Shown here in pieces: positions 22,927 through 34,500 of a DNA stretch of 64,000 nucleotides. The notes beneath the pieces were generated by a model. It worked only from the letters and a program-made list of their open reading frames with translations. It did not search any database and had not been told where the DNA came from. The position numbers and the translations under genes are program-made. Where the stretch lies: contig NC_086378.1 in the NCBI RefSeq assembly GCF_036588685.1, positions 44,082,001-44,146,000 on the forward strand, written 5' to 3'. How positions within the stretch are numbered: position 1 is the first letter of the stretch; the number at the start of each line of letters is the position of its first letter. This DNA is from Mytilus trossulus. Taxonomy: Eukaryota.

Positions 22927-25417
22927 TTGTGTAGACCGTTAAATTATGACAACCTAATTGTGTTTTTTTCTACCCATAAAAACATAGATCGTAAAAATCG
23001 TCCGAATAATGAATGGTTCGATGTCAATTGCAAAAACGCCCGAAAAAGATTTCATGTCATGAGAAACCTTTTTCAACGTCACCAAACAGATTCAAACAGG
23101 AGTGAATTCGTGATTGCTAGAAATGATTATAATAAAGTAAAGCGAAAAGCCCAATTCAACTATAAGATGAAAAATGGTCTGGAACTTTGCAGTATTGCAA
23201 AAACCAATCCGAAGAAATTTTGGTCAACCGTAAAGCCAAAAAATAAATCAAAGTGTGTAGTGGACAACGAAGAAATGTTAAATTATTTTGAAATGTTCTT
23301 GGTATGAACCCACCCGAGCTATCTGATGCAGTGTTAGATCTTTTAAATAACAGTTATTTTGATAGTGTAAAAATAGAATTACTAGATACAGACATTTCGG
23401 AAGACGAAATTTTCAAAGCACTAAAGAGACTCAAATCTGGTAAAAGTGCTGGTAACGATGAAATTGTAGGTGAGATGTTTTCGTCATGTCCTTCTTTTTT
23501 CGCACCTATCTTAAAAAGTTTATTCAACTCCATCTTTGCTATCGGAATATATCCAGAAAATTGGACTGAATGCCTTGTTATTCCTGTTCCCAAAAGTGGT
23601 GATCTTACAAATCCGATTAACTATAGACCTATAATATTAGTGAGCATCCTGTCGAAGTTGTTTACTAGCATTCTAACTGACCGTTTGTTGTCGTGGTCTC
23701 AGGACGAAAATCATATAATAGACAATCAATTTGGATTCCAACCAGGACGTTCGACTGTTGATGCTATATTTACTCTGCATGGAATTATTACACATACTCT
23801 TCAACATAAATTAAAATTATATTGTGGTTTCGTTAATTTCCGAAGGGCGTTTGATAAGGTGGACAGACGAATTTTGATACACAAACTTCTCAAATCTGGA
23901 GTTAGCAGTAAATTCGTATCAATGGTGAATTCTATTTATTCATCTGTGCGTTTACGTGTGCGGTCTGGTGGAGTAATATCAGAGGCTTTTGACAATCATA
24001 TTGGCGTAAAACAAGGCGAGCCCTTATCTCCGTTACTTTTCTTATTCTTTATAAATGACATTATTCAAGATATCTCCACCGATGTAAACGAAGATGTCAT
24101 ATCTTTGAATGGAGTCCTTATATATCTTATACTTTTTGCTGACGACACCGTTTTATTTGGAAAAACACCGACTGTTCTGCATCACTTACTTGATAAACTT
24201 TTACTTTACTGCAATAAATGGAATATCGAAGTCTATGCTGATAAAACCAAAGTAGTGGTATTTAGAAATGGATTTAGACCAGTAGACACTATTTTTTTCT
24301 ATGATAATAAGAAACTGCAAGTTGTAAATTCATATGTGTATCTTGGTGTATTATTACATTACAACGGAAAGTTTGTACATACTCAGAAACGTTTAGCACA
24401 ACAAGGATCTAGAGCCATGTCATCTTTAATGAACTCTCTCAAACAATTCTTCATCACTCCAGAAGAACTGATGTTTCTTTTCGACAGTATGGTCGGATCT
24501 ATTTTAGGCTATGCATCTGAAATATGGGGTTTCCATCGTGCTAAAGATATCGAACTTATCCATAATCGTTTTTGTAGATTTATATTAAAATTGGGTAGAA
24601 ATGTACCAACATGCTTTTTATACGGCGAACTTGGCCATTTACCTCTTTTTATTGTTAGAAAACAAAATATATTGAAATATTGGTTACATATTATTACAAA
24701 ATGAACCAAAAGTTGTATATGATGTGTACAAACTCTTGTATGACGATGCTATCAATGGTTATGTAAACTGGGCCTCAAATATTCGTGATATGTTATATGA
24801 TCTTGGTTTAAATTATTTATGGCTAAACCAAGATGCGAGCACAATTTGTATAAATAACATTAAAACTCGTATTAAAAATCAATACTTGCAGAATTGGTCA
24901 ACTTCTATTCAAGAATGTAGTGATAGTTTATAGTACATTTAAATTAACTTTTTATATTGAAAAATATCTGTCTTATAGCAATAATGTTAATCTGTTAATG
25001 TAGTGGAACATTAAAGTTAAATATTGAAGTTGGCCGTTATAATAATATTCCTAGAGAAAATCGTTTATGTGAATATTGTAAAATGGGTGTTATTGAAGAT
25101 GAGTACCATTTTGTTCTTGTGTGTCCATCTTATAGATCTGTACGAACACAATTTTTACCAAAGTACTATTGTCATTGGCCTAATAATACCAAACTATTAA
25201 ATTTACTACAAGCTTCTAGTAAGTCTCTTACGATCAAATTATGTAATTATGTAAAAGCTGCATGGAACATTCGATCTTCTATAGTCTCATAACTTAATTT
25301 ATATGTCATTGTATCATACTATAATTGTTCTCTGTTGTCTTCATGTTTTATATTATGTAATATATGTTGTTAATTTTGCCATAGCATGTCTATGCTTTGC
25401 AATAAAGATTCATTCAA
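22927..25417 (+). mobile_element. 5'-truncated non-LTR retrotransposon (RTE-X-like; CR1/L2 group not excluded), RT pseudogene
   Basis: RT motifs KSAGND, NYRPI, QFGF, GVKQGEPLSP, LFADD; C-terminal LCEYC..EDEYHF..C zinc knuckle; frameshifts and stops; tail aataaagattcattca. Confidence 0.9.
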
Positions 25418-26731
25418 TATTGTTGAAAATTCAACTTCACATAACGCTGATATTTATCTGATTTTAAATTGGTTTTAATAGTTTTTAATGTGAAAAGGAA
25501 TAATCTCTAAATAACCAACAAATCCCAACAAATTAGAGATAGTCCTTAAATCAATATGTTCACAAAAGATTACATATCATACATAAATTAATCGTTTCTT
25601 CATCGAGAAATTGTTAAAAAAAAAAACCAAGGAAAATTGACGTGTTAGATTGATTTTGGTCTGTTTTTATCATAGTTGTCGTGGCATGTTCTGGTTTTTA
25701 TACATCACTGGCCTGGTTTGATATATTCGTTTGTGAGCTTTCCTAATAACTTAAATACAAAAAAAGTGGACGAATGAAACTAATGAGGTGCTATTTTCAG
25801 ATTTATTTCACCCAAATATTACAACTACAAGTAATAAGTGTACGCAAAATTTCCACTTAAGAAATACAAATATACTGTTTCTATACACATGATACATATA
25901 CATATAAATATAAATGCCTTTCATAAAAAAACAGTAAAACTTGTTTCTGGCTATGGAATTATATAAGATTGAATACAGATCGACACAATTTACCTTCTTT
26001 TTTGCAGTTTATTCAGATCATCCCTAGTTTTTGGTGGGGATGGTGTTGCTTATTATTTAGTTTTCTATGTCGTGTCATGTGTTCTATTGTTGGTCTTTTG
26101 CATTTTTAGCCATGGCGTTGTAAGTTTTCGGTTTATGAGTTTGACTGTCCCTTTAGTATCTTTGGTCCCTCTTTTTTGTCGTGTAGGCAGGGCATATATT
26201 TCAGTAAGGAGGAACATATATTTTTAAAGTGTCACTTTACTAACTTCAATTTAAGGATAGGTAATTAATTAATCATTGCACACAATGACAACAATAAAAA
26301 AAAGGAATTGCAATAAATAAACGAATGGCAGTATTTTAAAAAGTTTTAAAAGTTTAGACTTGTTTTATTTTATCAGTGCAATGCCCAGATACGGGTATCG
26401 ACAGACTGTACATCTATGAATGTGTACATGCATATACCAATAATATTTAGTTTACTCTAATTTGCTGATAATAAAATCAAATGTAATAACAATAAAAACA
26501 ATATGCAATGATTGAATTACAGTGCTGAATTGGTTTATTTCACGGATTGATAAGTTTAAATTTCTGGACATGTAAAAACATGAGGATGTGCTATTCCGTT
26601 TGAAATGAGTTTTCGTCAGGTACAACCAAACTTCAAAACCAAATCTTTATATATATGGAAGAATTTAGTAAAGGTTTTGAGTAATTTGTGGTAACAAAAT
26701 CCCTGGCTTAATATTTTAACAGTAATACATA

Positions 26732-27362
26732 TACTGAGCCAAAAAAGTTTAGCAACAAAAATATGAAATTTTATTTAATTTCAAAATTGTAACAATATAT
26801 GATTTTAATAATAAACAAAATGAAATTATGACATGTCAGAAGCAGCATGGATGTTTATCACCCACATTCATTAGGATTATCTTTGTATGGAGCGCGGGAG
26901 GGTCAAAATGCAGAAATGAGTATAGTGTTATTCAAAATCAATTTCTCGGCCATACCCTAAGTGTATTAATCAAGGATTGGAAGGCACACCAGCAGCTGCC
27001 CTAAGACAATGCACTACTCGTGTGGCCGGAAAAAATTGTTACGTGTTGATGTAAAGCGAAAGTAGAGCTCCTCCCTTGATGATAATTTTTCAAACTTTTT
27101 TGTGTTTCTTACCAATGGTGTGTTTCTGACCGTTAGTGATTTTTTAAAATTGTGTTTTAAAAGTACAGGTACAGAAGGTTAAACACAAATTACACGTGGA
27201 GAGCTAAAATGGCGCGAAATCAATCATCCAGAAAAAAAGTAAGACTGTTAAATATTACAGGTGAAACTAAGGATTATATCAATGATGTTTAAGAAAAAAT
27301 ATTGCAGAAACAACAAAAGAAAAATTGAAAAAAAAGTGTTGCTAAACTTTTTTGGCTCAGTA
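26732..27362. mobile_element. Tc1/mariner-type MITE (631 bp)
   Basis: Perfect 26-bp TIR tactgagccaaaaaagtttagcaaca, with TA flanking both ends. Confidence 0.85.
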
Positions 27363-27364
27363 TA

Positions 27365-27470
27365 GATTACGGTCGTTAAAATCAAAAACGTCACAACAGA
27401 CACGGGCGTAGCGAGCTAGTTGTGAACTACAAACACCGTAACATGGTGCCAAAGGAACATACCCTCCAAA
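27365..27470 (-). mobile_element. Small Penelope/Naiad-like RT C-terminal fragment
   Basis: VPLAPCYGVCSSQLARYARVCCDVFDFNDRN resembles the motif at 3400 and 42020. Confidence 0.5.
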
Positions 27471-27689
27471 AAAGGAATATGAACAACAAAGAACGAAAAC
27501 CCGTCCTTTTTTGTCGTAAATTTTATAAGTGTGCAGTTTCCCATGTAAAACCAACATATCTAAATCTAGTCAGTTATTATCATTTTATTTTTTATATTTT
27601 TAAAGTTAGATCCTGTGGGTAAATGTCGGCAGTATATTTAGAAAATGTTTGATTATTTAACTAAAAAATATCATCAATATAACAGTTAA

Positions 27690-27888
27690 TAGTTGTCAAA
27701 GGTACCGGGCTTTTAATTTTATACGCAAGACGCGTGTTTCGTCTACATAAGATTCATCACAAATGCATCAGTGACGCTCAGATCAAAATAGCTAAAACGC
27801 TAACAAATACCAAGTTGAAGAGAATTGATGACCAAAAAATCCAAAACATTGTGTCAAATACGGCTAAGGTCATCTATACCTTGGATAG
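27690..27888 (-). mobile_element. Hammerhead-containing short repeat, degenerate copy
   Basis: Homologous to 60189-60370; core interrupted by an insertion. Confidence 0.65.
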
Positions 27889-28282
27889 TAAATAGAAAAC
27901 TTAAGTTATACTTTTAAAAGGAGTACTTAAGTAAACAGGGTAATGAATAAAAATGACCATTTCAGTGATATTCATGGGCACACCAAAGTGCTGACTTCTG
28001 GGCTGGGTAAGTGTTGTTTAATTTATCACTCCCTACAGGAAAGGTGTCGACGAGTTAAAATTCGTGATGAAAACAATTTGCCCAAAATAAATACACGTAC
28101 AAATATAGACCGTTAAGTATAAAGAACGTTTTAATATTTTTTTGTTACATATTAAGGCTCTTATGAATTCAATCAATTGAAAAAAATGTAACTTGGCATT
28201 CTCATTGTACGTTATTTAAGCAACCAATTATGCTGAGGAGTATATATGACAAGTAGTGCATAAAAACCCCCTCAGTGTATAG

Positions 28283-28290
28283 TATAAAAG
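28283..28290 (+). promoter_or_regulatory. Putative TATA box of gene 2
   Basis: TATAAAAG about 140 bp upstream of ATG 28428. Confidence 0.45.
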
Positions 28291-28427
28291 AACATTTAAA
28301 GAGACGACATCCACACTTTAGTGTAAGGCTACCACGATTACTATATTAGAATACATAACCATTTCTACAAAACATTTAGTAAGGTGACGACAGAATTTGT
28401 GAAAAAAGGTTTGGACCTTAAGTAATC

Positions 28428-28566
28428 ATGGTCATGAAAGCAATTCAGCAAATATTTATTTTGCAAATGTTTTTCTTGAAGTTTGTGAACGGACAACAGT
28501 ACATGCACTGCTGCTGGAATCCAAATGGTTGTAGTTCTCCGCCAACATGTGGTACATATTCGCCCG
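28428..28566 (+). CDS. Gene 2 exon 1: signal peptide plus Cys-rich mini-motif
   Basis: MVMKAIQQIFILQMFFLKFVNG-QQYMHCCWNPNGCSSPPTCGTYSP, then G|gtaag. Confidence 0.7.
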
Positions 28567-31500
28567 GTAAGCAATTATAATATATGTGAAGAATACTTTA
28601 CACGCAAAAAGAATCAAATGAAAATGGATATTTTTTCGAATTTGTGTATTGAGAAAGAATACTATCAAATAATTAGGGTTGATACATCACTTTAAAATAA
28701 GATTGAAACATTTTTACTTGTAGTAAATGCACTTTGACAACATTAACTGAAAAATAGATTAAAGTATAAAAATATGTTATTAACCGCTCATTTATTCTAA
28801 ACTTATATCAAAATGAATTGGACGGTATCGAAGCTCTGTCTCAAATGTTTATTTTTACCCACAAAAGCGACAATACTGTATAAGTTTTAAAGGGGCATTA
28901 GCTGTCAAATTCATGGTCACCGATTTGAATCAAATTCTTATATTTGATTTATAACAATGTAAAACATTTATCCAAGCTTCCAAAGTCTGAAATAAACAGT
29001 TAACAGAGCATGGCATAGATTATATGTAGGTTCGTTTGGTTTGTATTTTATTCCAGACGCTATCTAAAGAACTATCGATTTGATCATAGATGACCATATA
29101 AGCGATATGAATAGATTAAACCAACACTTGCAATAAGATTTTTGTAGGTCTGTTTGAGTTTATTTTCTAGAATAAAAATATATTATATGTTTCTCATTGT
29201 TCTAACCTTATAAGAATAATTTTATATGGATCGAATCAGTTATCAAATGATTTACCGTAGTTTCACTTTCATTGATGACATTCTTTTTCTTTTAATAGCC
29301 AGTACACGTACAATGCATGCGTTGTCAATCTCTAGCAAGGAGATGAATTTAAGTTTATATGAATACGAATTTAACGAGGTCGACTTATTCACTTGCAAGT
29401 AAATAAGTAATTATCAATATTTCTTCGTTAAATTTTACAAAATTTAACCATTTTGGCTTCTAAAAGTGAATAATTATTTCACTGCTTTACTTTCATTATT
29501 GATTGAACAAAAATAAAAATCTTACTTTAGTTTTTTTTATCAATACACAAGTATTCCCTATTTCAAACTAAAGGACAAATTAAAAAAGTTAGTATTAATT
29601 TGTTTCATAAAAAGAATGGCCAACGTAGACACACGTATCTTAGGAGGGACAAATCCTCCTTTGTAAGAACCACTCTGATTTAAACAAAAAAAATCTCTGG
29701 AACTGACAGACTCTTGGTATTCCAATGGGAACTACTTTTGCCCCTCTTCTTGCCGACTGGTTTCTTTATTAATACGAGGCTGACGTCGTACAGGAACTTT
29801 TTTGGAAGACAGATAAAAGTTCGCAATAGTCATTTACTTTATTGTCCGCTACATCGATGATGTTCTCTCAATAAGTAATTCAAATTTTGGTGACTATGTT
29901 GAACGCATCTATCCCATCGAACTAAAGATACAAGTTACAACAAAAGACGGCCTCATATCTTGACTTACATCTAGACATTGACAAGCGGGTCGTTTGAAAA
30001 AAAAAGTTAATGACCAAAAAGATGATTTCAAAATCCCTATTGTAAACTTTCTATTTCTTAGTATCAACATTCCAGCTGCGCTGCATGCGGAGTATGTATC
30101 TCCAAAATGTTATGATCTTCCCGTGCTTGTATTTCCTATCACGATAGGGTGTTGTTACACACACGGAATCTGTTAAACCAAGAGTTCAAAATGGTGAAGT
30201 TGAAATCATCTCTTCGTAAATTTCACGGGCGCCATCACGGGTGACACATGTGGTGCCGGATCTGCTCACCCTTCCGGAGCACCTAAGGCCACCCCTAGTT
30301 TTTGGTGGGCTTAGTGTTTGCTTAGTCTTTATTTGTTAATGTTGTATTATTTTTACTATTATTTGTCTGTTTTTTTTATTTTAGCAATGGTTTTGTCATT
30401 TTGTTTCGTTCTATAAGTTTGACTGTCCCTCTGGTATCTTTAACCTCTCTTTGAGTTTACATATTTTCAAATTCATACATGAAAGCTCACAAACTAAAGC
30501 ATATAAAACTCAACATAGAAAACAAAAGACATGAGCCTCACAATTTTTTTTTGTGATCTTAGGTTTTCCAGAAGGAGCACCCGTCATATAGTTCATCTAA
30601 GTACCAAACCGGTAATAAGCCTAGTTCGGTATGTCGCATACGGTGATTGGGACGGAGTTATAAAACAAATCTATCTTGAATTTACAAAATATGAATTATT
30701 CCCTCCTGAATCAAGATACCCGTATCTACAAGTATGTTGGTCATTACTTTTTTTAGAAGCAAAGTATGATCTTTTCTTTCAATTTGTATTTTCGTCTTTG
30801 CATCGTATATGTAATGTCTGTTTTAGTTGAAGAAAGGATTGTAATATCCTTTTATTTTTTTAAACTTTATTTTGCCATTACATAAGCCTCGGTCACACCT
30901 TACGGGATAACTCGAACGGACGCCTAACGGATAACTTCTTTTCAATCCGTTCATGTCCGTTAGACGTTCGTTCTTATCCGTTAGGCGTCCGTCCATATCC
31001 ATTGCATGTCCTTTATGAGTCCGTTTTATCCGTTGACGTCCGTTCTGTCCGGTGGAAAATTTTGAGCATGTTCAAAACTTTGAACGGACATCCAACGGAC
31101 AAAAAGGTCCGTTGAACATCCGTTAGGCGTCCATTTTGTATCCGGTACGTGTCCGTTATGTATCCGTTGGAGATCCGGTAGACCAATTCACCAACGGACG
31201 TCTACCGGACGCCCAACCGCCGCCTAACGGACATTAACGGAAGGATAACGGATAAAACGGATGCCTACCGGATGTTAAACTGACAACTGCAATTGAAATT
31301 TCTCATGGTTTATTGCCTTTAATTTATAAATGGTTTATTGCCTTTAATTTATAAATGGTTTATTGCCTTTAATTTTCAGATTATTTTGTTCATCCATTTT
31401 ATCCGTTACGCGTCCGTTAGTTGTCCGTTTTATCAGGTACTCGTCCGTTGGATGTACGCTCGACGTCCGTTCTGTTCGGAACGTATCCGTTTCACAGACG

Positions 31501-34500
31501 TTCAATGTCCGTTGTGTGTCCGTTAGGCATTCGTTATATATCCGTTAGTACACCAACGGACTCCCAACGGATAAAAATTTTGTCAACGGATAACTTATTT
31601 TATATCCGTTAGGCGTCCGTTCGAGCTTTCCGGTAAGGTGTGACCGAGGCTATATTGAATTATTTTGTCTATGTTTGTCATTATTAACAAGAACATACGC
31701 CGTACAAGGTTATGATATATCAAAAAGTATAATAATAGTGTTTGCTTTATCTAATGACTAGAAGACATATGGTTTCAAAAGATCAACGTATTTCGCATGT
31801 AAATTTTATAGATTAACCGTACGCTCACAATCATACTTGTTTATACTTTACATGTATGCCGTTAAATAAAATACATTGTTTGGAAAGCAATTTAAAAATA
31901 AGCTAGCTAATACTAGGTTAGGTAGTTTCAGTTGATGGTTACATACAAGAAACTTCAGATATACCAGAATCATCACTTTAGTCAGGTTTCATGAAGTTTG
32001 ACATAATTTTATTCAAATCGGTAATTGAAGGAGGTTAGTGCTTTTTGAAATGGTAGACAATTGGGAGATTTACATATAGACTATTTGCCAGACAAAAACT
32101 CATACTTATATCGTTTGATACGAAGATGAACATATTTGTTAATTTATGATAGAAATTCAACCAGACCTGGTTATATCAAATTGCACGTGTTCGATATCTA
32201 TTGATAGCTGTTTTCGAAGTTCATCTCAATGCTTAATTAGATGACGTATTGACTCAAATACACACGAAATTCTATTTCATATTACCAAGTCATAGCATCG
32301 TAAATTGTTATTATATACTTTTTATTATTTGGATTTACAGTTTAGAATATTACAATGAATGAGACAGATAATGCCCTTTTGAAACTATAACTGATTATTC
32401 ATCAGAAATATGAGAATACTTACATGTATTGGAATGAAAATAGAATATCAAAACCACTTTATTGTCATGCGATTTTAATTGAATTTAACTAATGTTTATA
32501 TCACACAAAGTCGACCTTGAAAAAACAACAATTTGTTTAAATCAAATGTGTTAAATGCAACCAAATATGAAGGACTGTTTATATAAGCATTCACCCCATA
32601 CATTGTAATTATAACATGTGATAGCGGCAAATTTAGATAGGTTTATACAAATTAATAAAAACTTAGATATAATGTCAAATTACCAGTCATACATTTTTGA
32701 AGTGTATAGTCAGACAATTGAAATTTGGAAAGAGATGCCTGTTATTTCTTGTAAATTGTAATAATGTCAAATAATGTTTATATTCATAAAATTATATTTT
32801 TAAATGACAATATGAACAATTTACAATGCAACAATTAGGCTTACTAATCATTATAAGAACTGTTAGTTAAACGGCCTCAACGTAACGATAAAGTTAACCT
32901 CAGATAATTGTTTTACTTTTTATACTGTTTTGGTTTGTAGTTTTAGTCGCTATAGTACGTTCATTGTGGCATTGTCGTTTTTTAGACTTATGCCTTTTTA
33001 GTAAATAGAATTTAAGGTTACGTTGAAATGAAAAAAAAACGTTGAAGACGGGCAGTGCACAGTCCTTATTATTTGGTTGCATTTAACACATTTTATTTAA
33101 ACAAATCGCTGTCACTTCAAGGTAGACTTTGTGTGAAATAAACATTAGTTAAATTCAATTCAAATCGCATGACAATATATGTGGATTTAATATTCTATTT
33201 TCATTCCAGTACATATTTCTGATGTATATACATTTAAAGGTTTAAAGGGGCATAATCTGTTTTATTGATTATTACATTCTAAAATGTCTATCCAAATAAT
33301 AAAAAGTATATAATACCAGTTTACGATGCAGTGACTGGATAATATGAAATATAATTTCGTGTGAATTTGAGTCAATACGTCATTTAATTAACCATTGAGA
33401 TGACCTAGTCATACAACTTCGAATGTTCTTATATACATTGTGTTTTTATGTGCGAAATGTTTGAGTTTAAACACTCCATATTAAATAAAAAAAATCCACT
33501 ATAACCACACATAAAGTATTATTTGTCTATAAATAGATTAACAAATATACCGTGTTTTTAATTTTGTCAAAACTTTTGTTACATCAGTTTATAGATTTAA
33601 ATAAAGATTTAAAACCAGTAGGTGAACTCTATTCTCAATTTTATTATAATTTAAAGTGAGATATACTTATTATGAAAAGCATAGTCACACATACAACCCA
33701 AGTTGTCAAAGGTTATCAAAGGTACCAGGATTATAATTTGGTACGCCAGGCGCGCATTTCGTCTACATAAGACTCATCAGTGACGCTCATATCAAAACAT
33801 TCATACAAACAAGTTCAAAGTTGAAGGCAATGAGGATCCAAATTCAAAAAAATTGTGCCAAATACGGCTAAGGTAATATATGTCTGGGGTAAGAACATCC
33901 TCAGCTTTTCGAAAAATCAAAACATATTTGATAACAAAAAAAAAAACAAAAAAAAAAACTGCAGGGTGTTGGTCACATAAAAATTGCAATCTTATTCCAC
34001 CTTTATCATATCATGACAAAGTTTCAGGAAATAATAACAAAAGAATGGTCGAAAGCAACTTAAACGCAAACAATGAACTGCATTGAATGCATATCACGTT
34101 CAAACAAGTTCATTTGAATTGTTCATGAATTTCGATATTATCGAAGGTTTTAGATATTTTCGATAGTTTGTTTTCAAAGAAGAAAACATTAAGAATAGAA
34201 ATAGGGAATGTGTCAAAGAATCGATAAATAAACAGCTGATAGCCTCATATGGTTCTTCAACACTGCGAGAAACTCCTGCGCCCACAGGCGCGCGTCAGGA
34301 GAATTCATCACAAGGTATTGATTTTGATCTTGCTATTACAGGGGCTAACCTGATAGTTGCAGACTATAACAGATTGTATTTAATAAATCTAAATGAAACC
34401 ACAGTTACTAAACTTGTAGTAGGGTTACAGATAGGAGGACAAGACACCGTCAAAGTAGACTATCACCAAACAAAGTCATATATCTATTGGTTAGATTCAT

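Noticed and set aside
15774-28428. Idea that gene 1 and gene 2 form a linked receptor-ligand system
   Set aside because: Only adjacency and shared strand support it; eukaryotic neighbours need not be functionally linked.
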